Assembly: GCA_013239625.1 (NCBI GenBank)
Contig: MU056000.1
Location: 11,917,175-11,981,174, forward strand
Length of the DNA: 64,000 bases
Reading direction: 5' to 3'
Source of the DNA: Lama guanicoe
Lineage: Eukaryota
Both the position numbers and the translations under genes were made by a program. This document shows positions 1 to 13,600 of this stretch, in pieces. Numbering within the stretch: position 1 is the stretch's first letter; each line of letters starts with the position of its first letter. The notes beneath the pieces were generated by a model. The model did not search any database. It saw only the letters and a list, made by a program, of their open reading frames with translations, and was not told the DNA's origin.

Positions 1-2039
1 TCGCCTGTGGAGACAGCAACTCCAGACCTTCACATTATGAAATGGGCTCTGATCAAATATAAAAGTGTAGGTCTCCTCATGGTGACTTGCTCAAGGGTCA
101 CACAGCTCATGTGTGTCAGGAGCGGAACTTGAACAGGGACTCTTGTTCATGTCTTGAGTTCTTGTGGCCCTGGCATCATAGGTAAGGGACCACGCCCAAC
201 TGAGCTAAGTCATCCGCATCATTTATGAGCTCATCCATCTTCATCCTTTAAGAGCTGGTCCATGTGCATTGTTAGGACAGCGCCTGCTGCATAGTAAGCT
301 CTCAGCACACGTTAGTGATTATCCTCCTTCTGGTTCCCTAGGCGGTGAGCCTGGGTGTGGAGTGGGTGGGTGGGGGAACTGGAGGAGACTGGAGGAGTCT
401 GCGCATTGCTGGGGCCGGGCCTGGAGCAGCAGACCCGGCTAGGATGGCCTCCCCACCCTCCCAGCTGTGTAATTCAAACAGCTCCAGCCTGGTAGCAGCA
501 TCTGAGTCCGGCAGGCAGAGGACCGTTTTCCTTAATTGAGAGGGAGCTAATGAGAGCTGCATCTCTTAGACTCTGCCCATTGGATGAGAACAAACATTAA
601 TTACCGCTGGGCCAGAAAAGGCCAGATACAACTGAGCAGAGAGAGGACATCTTCCCCCATCAGTGAGAAAGCTGTGTGCAGAGGACCGGCGCGCTTTCCA
701 GCAGCGAACGTCCGTCACCGGCCGTGGCATTAAATACAGAGCAAAGGCCCCATAAAGCGGCATCCGCGTGGGAAGCAATTAAACGTGGGCCGCCCTGCAG
801 CCACGCTCCAGCAGCTGCCTCTGTTGGAGCTTTCAAGGCTCAACAGCTTGCAGGATGACTGAGGAATAATAATGCTCGGGTTTTCTCCGTGGACGCAAGG
901 AAGCCTGCGGAGGGGGAGCTGGCGTCTCCTTCATGAAGCAAGATTTGGATGGCAGTGTCGCCTGGGCCTGCAGGGAGGGCGGGGCTGGCTCTCCCCGGGT
1001 GCCTCCTGCAGCTGCCTCTGTCACAAGGGTCCCCATGGTCTACTGGTGGCGACAATTAGGCACATTCAACACACCTGACGGGGAACCTAGGCTCCCAAGA
1101 AGCAATTGCAACCTGGTGCTGCTTCTCCTTTTTACCAGTCGACGCAACCTACCTGTCACATTTCCAGCCCCCATCCCGGCAAGCGCGTTTCCCTCTCCAG
1201 GCGGTGAGCCTGGGGCGTTTCTAAATCTCCAGTCAATTGTGGGATTGGAATGTGGGCCTTTGATTCCTAGGCCAGGGGTCCTTCCTCTGAACCACTGAGT
1301 TCTGATCTGAAGATAAATAACATAGTCCTGCGAGGACTTAGAATGAAGACAGTCAAGATGAGGAACTGAAAATGTTCCCAACACCATTTTCTCCTAATAA
1401 TTGAATCTACTCAGTAACACTACCCGAGCAGGGAAATTGTAGGTAATTAAAAGTAAAAATTAAAAACACAAGCAAGGCATGTGTTATGCATGTGAGAATG
1501 GGTTTTAGTTGATTTATTCAGTACTTTTTACACATATATGCTAACAGCTCAAATATAATTTAGCTTCTGGTCTTTTTCCTTTTATCCCCAAATGATTGTC
1601 TATTGAGAATTTTCATTTCAGCTCCATTTTCTTCCAGGGGCACACATACCTTCCAAATTATTTCTCCACAAAAGGAGTTCACCTTAATGGTAAAGTACCC
1701 ACCTGTTAGTCATCACCTGATGGAGAAACAGGCTGCATTCATTCGTCTGGCTTTTTGACGCAATGAGCAGCATTAATGAAAAGATCCACACATGTCTGCA
1801 TCTCGTGGTCCTTCTCCTCCTTTGTTCTGTGTTTATTCTTTGGGATCTCCTAGAATATCTCAGGGATGTGAACCCAGGGCAGACACATCTTAGCATCACT
1901 CGGTGTCTCTGGGTGGGGAGAGCGGGGCGGGGAAGACGCCATGGGGAGGATTTTTCACACGAGTGTTTATTCAGCTCGTTCACAAAAGCATCTGACTGCG
2001 TCGAGGAACTCTGAGGGGGTAGGTGCTGATTTAAGTATT

Positions 2040-2620
2040 TCTCTCTAAGTTAAAACGCATCTTTTGAAGCGAGGTGACAAAACAAAAAGCGTCCCCTGAC
2101 ATCTGGGACCTGGCCTGACGCTCATGCTGGGCCCTGGTTCTGCTCACGTAAACGGTCGCACAGGACACCACAGGGTCAGACAAGGTCTCTCTGAGACCAC
2201 GGATGTGACACCAACAAGGCCTCTGTGCACCCAGGAAACACCAGCCTCCTCCCCTCAGCCGAGATGAGTGAGCGCCTCCTGGACTGAGACGAGTTATCCT
2301 TCCTCCATCAGCCTCTCTGTAGGTAAGCCTTGAATATCCCCACCATAGACTCCCCCACGTTCTGACAGCACGCAGTCCAGACCAAACCCCTGCTCCCTTA
2401 GAATGTTCTTCCCTCCTCTTACCCACCCCCCACCCCTTTCTTCCAATCACCCAAGCAAAGCCCAGAGTCTAGACTAGGCTCCCCCTACGGCCCTGTCACT
2501 GAGGTGCCCACGGCTCCTCCTGGTCAGTGTCCTCCCTCCCGTGTATGAGTAATAAACCCTAGTTCTTCAGGGATGCTGTGTTTCTGAGGTCTTTGCCGGA
2601 GGGCAGGGACAGACGATTTG
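2040..2620 (+). mobile_element. Probable old ERV LTR fragment
   Basis: LTR-like composition with CCAAT (~2443) and tgagtAATAAAccc (~2550); family and ends not resolved. Confidence 0.4.
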
Positions 2621-3757
2621 TTTATAAAATATATCACTAACTTTTTATTACATTATTGACTAATGATATTGACAGAAAGCCTTGAGACCATCCACTCTGC
2701 CATTTTTTGTTTTGTCTTGTTTGCTTTGTCTAATTATCAACCCAGAGCTCTTTATCCAGACAAAACCTTAGGTGGTGTCCTAACACATCACTCAGACCAA
2801 AGGGGAACTGCTCGGGCCTGAACTTGAAGCTCCTGAGCCCCTGGGCTGGGGTTCCCCATGCTGCTCCCAGCCACCTTATTGCACTTCTGTGTGTCAGAGG
2901 GACCATGTAGAAAACCACTTGTCCAGTCTAAACCCCTCACATTATAGCTCAACAGACAAGACCCCGGCAGTGTGAGTTCCTGAAGGTCACACTCCTCGTT
3001 AGGGGTACACCTCTGAACAAGATTCTGCTTCCTGAATCCCAGGCCGGAGGCAGAATTCCATGGTGTTTTGTTGTTGTTGTTCACAGGAGGTCAGTGCTGG
3101 CTACTTGTGCCAGTGACTTGCTCTGGGCTGTCCATGTGGACATCACAGTCTGATTCTCTCCCCAAATATGCCCACTGCATTTGGACTTCGGCAAATGTCT
3201 AAAACCCCTGCTCTTTCCTTGCCTTCTTTCTTGACCAACAACCACAATGATTATCATGGCGGTGCCATGATTGTAATACCAAGGTTCTGTTGGATGCACA
3301 CTTTCCAGGAAGAGTTTGCCCGCTGGGCATGGGATTTCCTGTTGAAAGGGTTTGATCAGGCAGCGGGAGAAACTGAAAATGAAGTATCGGTTAGAGCAAC
3401 ATCCCTCCAAAATCCAGGCCCCGAGAACTCGCGTGCTCTGCAGGTCCTCGTGGGTCTTTTCTAAAACAGAAAGGATTCCATGGTGACACAGGCATGGAGA
3501 CTGCACACTGAATGACACCGGGTGGGCCGTCTGATCCCCAGGACGTCCACCAGCTCCTGTGAGCAGTGAGTCTCTGGCAAAGGAATGCCAAGGGCAGGGC
3601 CAAGAGTGGCCTGAGTGCGGGGCACATTCTCCGTCAGCAACATCCCCTCTATTTTTTGACAAATTCCTGTCTTCCTAATCTCATGTGAAGTTCTATGTGA
3701 GTGCATTTTTTGAGTTGCTTCCCTCTGGGTCACCCATCTTAAAAAATAACCACCCCC

Positions 3758-3870
3758 AGATTAAGAGGTACAAACTACTATGTATAAAATAAGCTACAAA
3801 GATATATTGTACAGCACAGGGAATACAGCCAACATGTTATAATAAATGGAGTATAACTTCTAAAAACAAA
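3758..3870 (+). mobile_element. L1 3'UTR fragment, followed by a (GATA)n tract at ~3876-3905
   Basis: acaaactactatgtataaaataagctacaaagatatattgtacagcacagggaata resembles a cetartiodactyl L1 3' end. Confidence 0.7.
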
Positions 3871-6508
3871 AATGGATAGATAGATAGATAGATACACAGA
3901 TAGATAATGGTTTGGTCCTTTTTGCGAAAGATCTAATTGAACTCTAAATATGCAAACCCTTGAGGCAAGAGCACCAGTGAGAAGAGAAAGATGGGCTTGG
4001 AGGGATTAGAAAACAGAGACCAAGAATCATGGCCTCAGTGAACAGCCTGGACCACCTCATTACATATGGACCAGACGAGATGTAAGCTGGCTTTACACAG
4101 CATCCGCACTTACAAAGTAGACAAAGTAATGTGTCTTCTCGGCAGATGAATGGGGATGTTGTAAAAACGGATGAGTATTGGGAAAGACTTAAACTCACTG
4201 AAAGAAAGGGGGTGCAGTAATCCAGGGGGATCATACAGAGAAATTTTTTAGTAATATTTGCCACAACGCCCATCGTATTCAGAGACGACATCTATTGTGA
4301 GGGGCTGGGATGTAACATGAAGGAAGAATCTTTCCTGTAGGTCCCAACAAAGACAGAGCAAGGGGTCAGCCCTAATGAGGCAGGTGGGACACAGGAAAAG
4401 AAAATTCTGTATTGAATTTGCTCTGTATTTACGATGAGGATTCAGATGGAGATTGATGATCTGGCCAACTTCTACCACCTCAGCTTAGGCTGGTTCCATT
4501 CCCACAGGTCGCACATCTCTCTGGGTCACGTTGTTGCACAAGTTGTGTGACTGTCATCCCATTCTGTCTGTCATTTACAATGTGAGTGACCCAGAAACAC
4601 CAGGATAGGGATCTGTAAATGGATTTCCTCACCAGATCACTGAAAAAATAAACCCCAACAATGGTTGGTGTAAAAATATCTTTAATGAATACTTTTCTGT
4701 CTTTCTGTTTTGTGAATAGCTGCTAACTGTCACTGAGCATTTACCAGCTGTCAGGGGATAGTAACCAGGACTAGGGACTAGGAGAAATGAATAAGGCCCT
4801 CACCTTGGGCACCAAATTTAAGGGGGCGCCAAAAAACTCAGTAATCAAGATGAGTATTTAGATGCAGTAATTTTTTTAAACTCAAATTGGTAAAGCCCAT
4901 CCCTCCTGTTATTGCCAGTAACGCTTTAGCATCGGACTGATGCCTATGAGTGCTTCCCATGCATCACTGTCTTTCATAATGTGGACACCAGGACAGCGGG
5001 CTCACTGACCTTCAAAGGAAGGAGGAAAATGCCATCTTTGTGGGCAGTTCACAGGGCACCTTAGGATCCTCTGTCGCTGAGTTGGATGCATAGGAAAAAT
5101 AAATGCTGGGGCTGGTCTTCTCTCTAGCGTTTACCATCGACTACAAGGACTATGTTCTTTCAGTTTCTGCAATAGACATTTTGAGCAGCAATACATTACA
5201 CCTTAAATTAAAATAACAACTAAAATATTATGCAAAGCATTCCCTTATTTATAACATTCTAATTCACTGTAAAGCAGTTTACCTTCTTCTATAGCTGAGT
5301 TTAATGAGTTTCTTTTAGAAGAACCATAAAAAGCACGCTCCGAGGAAGGGGACTGTGTTGTTTTTAAATAAGCAATGTAGCTGTCACCAGATGGTATGAA
5401 GATTGATGACTAATGCATTTTTAATGCAGATAATTTATTAGATAATAGGGGTTTTCCCCTCTAAATTTCTAGGAGGAGGAAGTCGTTGAGTTTTTTCACT
5501 TTAAATGAAAGGCTTTCTACAATTGGTTTTCCACTAAGCCTCAAAATGGATGATCAAATTCAATCATGTAACAGACACACTTAGGATGAGGCACCAGCTG
5601 ATGCTTCTCCCTCACACTTGTTTGCCTGCTTGAATCCCAGCAAACCTCCTGGGAGAAGGAACCAAACGCAACCCGTGCCCGAACCCACGTACCTGGTAGG
5701 GTGCTGCTAGTATACAGTAAGTGCTCCACAGATGTGCGTCGGGAGAATGAACGTGTACGCTGTCGTTCTCATTGGAAACGTGAATTCAAAGACTCCTCCT
5801 GCTGAGGACACTTGTCCTGGGCTTGTTTCTCAGTGATGGATCGCTGTACAGCCCACTCTGCTTCCCGTCTCTGTGTCTGCAGTGGTCAGGAAGGGTGCGG
5901 GTACAGAGCCAACTGTGGACTCAGGCCTCTGTGCTCACAGACCTGGTAAACTCCTTTGCCTACTCGGTTAAGAATGAATGAGCCCAATCATCTCCCTATT
6001 TTCTTTGCTAAAGGCAGGTGAAACTGTTCCAGCCTGGCAATGTCAAGTGGTCTGTCTGGCTTCACTGAGGCAGACAATGGAAATTTCCTACTCAAGGTGG
6101 CCAGGACCTTAAGATGACTGAGGTGAAGTGTCAAAGCAATTCTTAAGCTTTTATACCTAATGGCAAAGAAATGTAAATTAAAGCAGAATTGTCTCTGGGA
6201 GAGCCTGGGGCACATAGCCCAAAGAGACTTATGCGAAGGGAAACTTTCTTGAAGTCTCATTTTATGAGACTCATTTTCAAAGTGTGTGCAAGTTCACATT
6301 GTAAATTATCATGTACCTGTTTGTTATAATAAAATTAAACAAGGTAAACAAAGCAGAAATTTCCTATTCATCTTTGTCTAATACTGAACTGAGTGAGTAT
6401 AATTTCTAGAAAAGCAGCTTGAGTTTCAACTAGCAGGGCACCACATTTTCAGCCCTAGTTTGTCAAACTCTTAAGTTTCCCTTACTGAGAGGTTAAGCCC
6501 CTGGGTCA

Positions 6509-6900
6509 TACGATGGTTAATTTTCTGTGTTTACTTGGCTAGGCCATGGTATCCAGATGATTCATCAATTTTTTTAGATGTTTCTACAAAGTTATTTTTT
6601 TAAAAAAAGTTAACATTTAAGTCAGTAGACTTTAAGTGAAGCCAATCACCCTCCATAATGTGGATGGATGGGTCTCATTCAATCAGTTGAAGGCCTGCTC
6701 CCCAAGGCGAAGAGGGAATTCTGCCAGCAGATTGCCTTCAGACTCAAATTGCAGCTCCTCCCTGGGTCTCCAGCCTGACAGCCAATCCTGCAGAGTTTGA
6801 ACTTGCCAGTCTCCATATTCAGGAAAGCCAGGTCCTTAAAATCTCTTTCTGGGTGCACAGATCTTATTGGTTCTGCTTCTCTGGAGAACCTGACTCATAT
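6509..6900. mobile_element. MLT2-type (ERVL) LTR
   Basis: gatggttaattttctgtgt...ccctccataatgtgg...aatcagttgaaggcct...ttattggttctgcttctctggagaacctgact matches recalled MLT2 hallmarks. Confidence 0.8.
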
Positions 6901-7336
6901 ATGTGGTGATACGTCACGTGGTGAACAGAAAGGATAACTGATTTATAGATCATCACTCAAGGAAATAGTGATCAGAAATTTTTTTGAGAGAAGAAAAGTG
7001 ACTATGTTAATCTCTATTTATGCTGGAATTTTCATCACATGTACGTGACATACGTCACAAAAGCCTCATCACCTCTCCAATGATGAAATGTTTTTCAAAC
7101 TTTCAAACCGCATTTTCACTGGGCACTTTTATCATAGGTGTTCTGACACAGCTTTGCCCTGGATTAGATGTTTGAGAAGTCATTCTAGATGATTTACTAA
7201 GAAAACTGATGAATGAACAATGAATTCATTTAAGGAATTCAGTTTCTACCTCTTGTAAACATGATATTTGCTTTCCCATCAAGAGGAAAAAGCTATCAAT
7301 TCAGCCCTGAGTTCCTGTCTTTTGATCTACACCTCC

Positions 7337-7447
7337 TAGTGTGAACAACCACTGGGGACTGCCTGGGACTGGGGTTTCCTGTGATGTGGGACTTTTAGTG
7401 ATAAAACCTGGAACGTCCCATGCAAACTGAGATTATTGCTAGCTTAC
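7337..7447. mobile_element. MER81-like hAT MITE
   Basis: gggactggggtttcc...gtgggacttttagtgataaaacc...gtccc..gcaaac resembles the MER81 consensus. Confidence 0.6.
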
Positions 7448-10404
7448 TCTTAATATTAAACCATGTTCTCCAAATCTCTTCCTTTTTTATTGCAAATTAG
7501 TCTGAAACAATGAGTCTGCAAGTCAACAGCATTTGCTGGTTTTTGTTTTTGGGGTTTTTTTTTTTTTTTTGTAACTTCATTGAACATATTAAGAAACTGA
7601 TGAGGCAGGCGGTCAGTTGAGGTGGTTTGGATGAAAGATGCAGTAGCTGCTGACCCTAAGGGTGAACCACGGTCACCAAAATTTTGACTGCTCTGATTAG
7701 ACTCCATCTCTCACACACCGTCACTTCTTTTCCTAGTTGACACACCATTAACGGTGACTCAGTTTCTCCTGTGACTGCATAATGAGAAATACAAAGGACT
7801 AATTTTTTAATCGTGACATAAGTGTGAGCTCCCTCACACTCTGAGAAATCAGACAAGCCAGATCCTGCTTCAAGGTGGACCAGGACCAGCCCTGTGTTTC
7901 AGGCACATTTGCAGAATTCCTTCCCTCTCCAGGGTGGCTCCGAAAATAGTAATCATCTCATTCAGTTGCCTGGTAATGCAAAGGAACCAGATTACCCAAT
8001 CACTTTCAGCCCATTGAAATTGTTTACTCCAGCTTCACAGAAACATAGTGTATGTTTCAATATGGAAAAGTGAGATACTGCACATTTCATTTGCATATGG
8101 GATGACAATACCTTTTTTATTGACCCCCGGGACCTGATGCATGTTAACGTAAGCACGCACTCTGCCACTGAGTTATACCTCACACCAATACCTTTTGAGG
8201 GCAAGCATTTTAAAGTTTTCCCTTAAATAGTCGGTAATATCAGTGCCCTGGAAATGTGTGATAGTCTTAAGTAGGTCACAGGAAGCTGTGGCCTTTGCTG
8301 TTTATTTTGTTATCCTCAGGGCTAGGGATGGGATAAAACAAAGTACCTTCTGAACTAGAATTGAAAAATTATGATATATTTGTGGATTTATGAAGTGTGT
8401 TTGTGTAGTGTGTTAGTGGGTCCAGGTAACTAAAGGGCTAAAGGCTAGAGAAACAAAAGAGGATTAATAATTCTGTCTCTGAGTCCCCATAAACATAAGA
8501 TTTCAAATACTCACCCCTGCAGCCAGTGGAATTGTCTTGACTCTACACTACATGGTTCTGGTTCACACATCTTTGTACGCCCCTCACGATCTCACTCAGT
8601 GCCCTGTACAAGATGGTCAATAATAATGGCCGAGTATTGCCGGCAGCTTTTATTACAAATTAATGAAAAGAAATACGAGGTCTATTGTCCCAGTTCCTTT
8701 GTGTGCATGTCTGTTCCGAGAGACAGAGGATAGTATGGTATCAGTGTCCTAGAAATGAGCTGAAACAAACATGAATGTTATCTCATTGCTCAGGCTGTCC
8801 TACAAAAATAAAACCATAGTAAAGTTTCACTCAATTAGAAAAATGTGAATAAGAAAGACTTCGCTGGTGAAGAGAGTGGATAAAATAATCTAGAGCAGAA
8901 AATGGGAGATGGAAATTGAGACACGGACGGTCCTTCAGATGGAGGGGGTACATTTCTACCACCAAGACGAGAGAGGAGCCAGTAGAATTTGGGAATAAAG
9001 GAGGAATCTAAGATGATACCCAGGTCGTAAGCAACGATATTAGTTATCACAGTGTGAGAATGAGAACTGGGAGGCAACCTGGGAAACACAGAGAGGGCTT
9101 TGAGGCTTGTTTCCACAGGGCATAAGTCGCCCTGGTCTGACTGCGATGTATGTTCAAATGCCAAGCCCAGCTCAGTTCATTGCTGGATCTTCAGAAAACA
9201 CTATTTAAAAGCTGAGTTGTCCCCCCGAGAGATATTTTCCATAAGTGACAATGAACCTTGTGGTGTTTACACAAGAGGCTATGTCTCAGTAAATCACCGC
9301 CTCCCCTTTGCACACCATCAGTGTTACCCAGCCAGCCGGCAACACCCGCCAAGAGATGCAGCACAATACGTTGCACATTCAGTTAAGTGTAAATTAAAAA
9401 CACACCTCATGCTAACAGTTTTCCTAGGATATAGATTTGAAGATGTGGCAAACCAGAGTGGGCCCTTGCGTGGGGAGAATATTAGAAAGTAGGATGAAGG
9501 AGTAAAATTAGAACCAGGGAGCCGTCCACTGTCAGAAGCTGAGCCTGCGCACTGAGGAAACATCATTCATTCAACTCTGCATCCAAAATTGAAAGAGAAA
9601 GAAGTGTCTCTAGCAAGCAATGGCTAGTGAATGCATGGTAAGGTGAAGCACGTTCCTTCGCATCCATGAACTTGCTCCTCAGAAAGACCACTGCGCTGCC
9701 CAGAGCATCCCCCTCCTCAGTGGGGCACCAGCCCCCCGAGGGAGGCCCGGAGGCACTGACTTCGGGCTGGGGACTGAGTGAGTGATGGGTCCTTGGCTGG
9801 TTTCTTTACCCCTACAACAACCTGGGAGGTAACAACCACCTTGTTTTACAGACTATAAAAACCAAGCCACTTTTCCCCAGGCAGAAAGCTAGCTCAGTGG
9901 GTTAGACCTTCACGCTTGCCTTCATTCCCAGTGCACCCCGGCCTCCCCTAAACCACGTAAATGGAGAGTCTCTTCACAGACTGAACCGTGACACCATCCG
10001 CACATTTTACACGTTTTCTTCCTGCTCTGAAGGCAGCACTGGGAACTGACCGTGAGCACACAGCACTGTCATCTCCGTGTGACCACACTGAGGAACGAAG
10101 ACCCTTCACAGCAGGACCCGGACATGCTCTTTCACTTTGCCTGCATTTACTGAAAGTGCCCGGAGACGGTCACCACCTCGGGAGTCACGATACACCCCAG
10201 TGAGGGACATCCCACTTCGCTCCTTCAGAAACTTCGAGTCCCCCATCCTGTCCTGATAGCCCGACATCAGCTCCAGCCGAGACAACGAAGCAGATCTCGG
10301 GAGCAGGACAGGCCCGTCCCAGCACACACAGCACTCACTCTGTCAGAACAGGACCTTTCTATCCTGTTCAAAAATGACACAGGAGCGCCCAGGGGATTCT
10401 GCCC

Positions 10405-10410
10405 TTTATT
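10405..10410 (-). terminator. ZNF622: ZNF622 polyadenylation signal AATAAA
   Basis: tttatt on + strand about 130 nt after the stop codon; followed on - strand by a GT/T-rich stretch (tgtgtcattttt). Confidence 0.75.
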
Positions 10411-10540
10411 ACGGGGACGAGCAGATGAAGTACGGGGAGAAACAGCAGCAAAGGGGCCCGCCGTCTAACCCGGTTTCCGGGGTCCTCAGGCGGGGAGGCT
10501 GCGAGCGAGGGAGGCAGACGAGGACTCAAGCCCTGGCAAC

Positions 10541-10668
10541 TCAGAACAGCACCTGTGGCCTGAAGTGCTTCTGCCTGATGGCGTTGTTCTGCATCCCCGT
10601 CTTCAGCATCCACTTTGCCTTCATCCTCTGGACATACTGCATGTCCCGCTGGCGCATGAGTGCTGCTC
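10541..10668 (-). CDS. ZNF622: ZNF622 exon 6 (last coding exon)
   Basis: ccccag|GAGCAGCA; AALMRQRDMQYVQRMKAKWMLKTGMQNNAIRQKHFRPQVLF then TGA at 10543-10541; 128 nt. Confidence 0.95.
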
Positions 10669-13600
10669 CTGGGGGTGGAAAGGAGGTAAGAAATGAAAAC
10701 CCAAACTTTAAAAGCCAATTTGGAGTAACTGAGTTCTTAAAGAAGAGATATTAACTGGGGTCTCTATCCAATGGGGACTATGTGCACCCCAGAATTGCAC
10801 CCCAGAACTGTCTGTATACAATTCTCTGGGATGAGCCTCTTCCTTTGTCATCATATCAAAAACTCTGTAAGAGAAAGATGAAGTCAGCGGGCTCACAGCT
10901 CACAGGGAGCCCTAGTGAAACCACGTGTATACAGACACAGCGGAAGCGACAGTGATTTCAGCGTCAGAGCTCCCCGGCCGTCAGCAGGCAGCTGCCCGCT
11001 CTCCCTCCACTGTCTCCAGTGGACTGACGTTCTCCTTGAAGGTAACAATGTCAGTAGCCTACTCTATTCCTCTGACTCTTATCATTTTTATGGGGAAATT
11101 ACAGAAAGAAGGACTGGTAGCTTTTATTACATGCATGTGCTGTGTCATCCTGCTTTATGACATCCCACCGGCCCAGGCCCCGTTATCATCTCCTCCATTT
11201 AATAAGTGAGACAACAGAGGCTTTGATTGGATAAATTACTCATACCAATAAGAACATCAGGTAAGTCATGCTGACTCCACAGCTCAAACTACTGCTGTGA
11301 GAATGCCATTCCATTCCTCTGGGAAACTTCCAGGAGGATTTCAACCTTGGATAATTACTAAACAACTCACTTCATAACCTTTACCTCCTGAAAAAGTCAG
11401 TGGTATACATGCAGGTTTTAGAAAGTTGCTGTGCCACGAATAAGTTTTTCCGTCATGGAGCTGGGGGCTTATTGCCATAAACGCCTCAAGTGGTCACAGA
11501 CGCCCCCAGAGCCAAGGTAAGTGTCCCCTGGGGAGGATCCTTAGGGACAAGGTCAGTAACCACCCCTTCACCCAGGGCCCCTGAGGAACTGCAAGTCCCG
11601 GGGCTGCTCCGTGGCTGTCCCCGTGTCGCCGCACCTGTGCTCCCGGTCCAGCCCAGGGCTCTGTACTGCTGCAGGACCCGGCCCACCGCCTTCTGGTTCT
11701 TAGCAACGGCCACGGCTCTGGACAAGCCAAACCGCTGTTTGTAGTATCTCATCAGGGAGCGATGACCCACTCTGGCACCTGTTTTTCAAAACAGCAACGT
11801 TGAAGCACCGAGCTGGAACTCTCTCAAGGCAGAGCTATGAAGCTAGGGCTTTCCCAGTCAGACTTCTCACGTTTATCCAGCTGGAAAATGCATGTGTCGG
11901 AAGAAACAGTGCTCTACCCACTGAAGAAAGACGAGGCCGCGTGTTAAACAATGAAAGAAAAAGAAAACCAAAGAGCAGAGAGATTTAAGAAAAGGGACCA
12001 TGGCAAGTCACTGTCAAGTGAAAAACTCAGCGTCTGTACTTTCTTGTTCTATAAAAGAGCCTCCCCAGAAATGCACAAGCCGCCCCCACTAACACCTGCA
12101 ACAGGGCCCTAGGGGTAAGGAGTCTCAACGTTTTAATAGAAAAAAGATTAAGCACAGAGAACGGCCCTGATGTTTAGGTCTACCAGCCACAGTCTGGGTC
12201 CAGAAGGGGAACCAATCCACTTTTCCTTGGCTTACAGTCTCTAGCGCAGTGGTTCTCAAACAGCGACTATCTTATCCCCAGGGGACATGTGGCAATGGCT
12301 GGAGGGAGGCTCCCAGCACCAAGTGGGCAGAGGCCAGGGATGTGGCTAAAATCATACCACGCACAGGACAGCCTCCACAACAAAGGGTTATCTGCCCGAA
12401 ATGTCCACAGTGCTGAGGCGGAGAACCCCTGCCCTACTGCTCCTAAATGAGGGAAGTCGTGGGTGTACTGTAGTTTAAAAGATGATTAAGCTAAATTCTC
12501 TCCAGAGCTTTTGTCTATTTGGAAGGATCTGGTAAAAATCATGCCAGTCAATCAAGCTTTCAGAAATGAATTCTATGGATGATCTGTCCTTTTATCATCT
12601 TAAAAAAGAAGTTGAATAAACAAAGTCTTAAAAAATACTTTATGAAGCTAATTTCTCAGGTTCTGCATTGGTATTTCCACCAGAGGAAGCCTAGCCTAGG
12701 CCTCTGTGACAGATGTGGGCCTGTTTTGCTGCTGTGTGCTGTACAGGCCACGATAGTGTACTGCCCTATAGTTTTCTTATTACTGTAGGAAGAATTACAT
12801 TTTCAAAACAGGCTCTGCCTGCCCATCCTTCCTCTGTCATTGTCTACAGCTGCCCCAGCCTTAGAAGGTTGTTGTTCTGAGTTAAACAGCTGGTCTGTAC
12901 CTAAGCTGTGATAGCACCCCAGGGTGACTTCCTCATGACAGGCGTCTCCACCGCCAGTGTGTACGCCCACCATTGCTACAAATCTCCCAGGCAGTGGAGA
13001 GAAGTGGGATAAGCCTTCGCTGACTAGATCCAGGATTGTGGGTAACTTCCTCAATCTGTCTAAGCTTCAGTTTGCTCATATGTCAAGTAAGGATAACAGA
13101 ATCTAACTCACACTTGTGGTAAGGATAAAATAAGCTGCCTGACCATGCTAACTGCTCAGTAAATATGAAGTTTATTAGGGTTTAATTATCATTCCGTTCC
13201 CTGTATTTCCAAATGTGTCTTCAGTAGCTGCTCCCATTCTTCTCCACTAATCGTAACACCATAAACACTGTTTTATGTACTTTTCACATTCATGGCTTTT
13301 CTTCACCTTTTCACACCTGGGATAAATTCCCACCAATAAGAAACATGTACCCCAAAGAAGCCAGAATTCAAACTCCAAACCTCCCCCTGCCCTCAGAACA
13401 CAGACAGGAATCCTGGGTGCTGTCAATCAGATACACCCAGGCCAGACTACCACGCGCAAGTCTGAGCAATACATGGAAACAGGAATCAGTTCAAAGAATA
13501 AGAGGAAGGGCTAGTTTAACAAGAAACACCTGGATAGGGCCAAAACACTTGATAAGGAACAGAAAAGAAAGGGTCTATGTATTGAAAAATAATGACGGAT

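Noticed and set aside
3081..3662. 193-aa ORF and other long intergenic/intronic ORFs (e.g. 23863-24375, 46928-47389, 56937-57407)
   Set aside because: No recognisable domain, splice context or coding-like composition; expected by chance in mammalian non-coding DNA.
7080..7146. Box C/D snoRNA-like arrangement (ATGATGA ... CTGA, 67 nt)
   Set aside because: No terminal stem, no clear C'/D' boxes, no recognisable rRNA guide, and not inside a host intron; likely chance. An Rfam/snoscan search would settle it.
10374..10754. 126-aa + strand ORF
   Set aside because: Antisense shadow of ZNF622 exon 6 and 3'UTR; no independent support.
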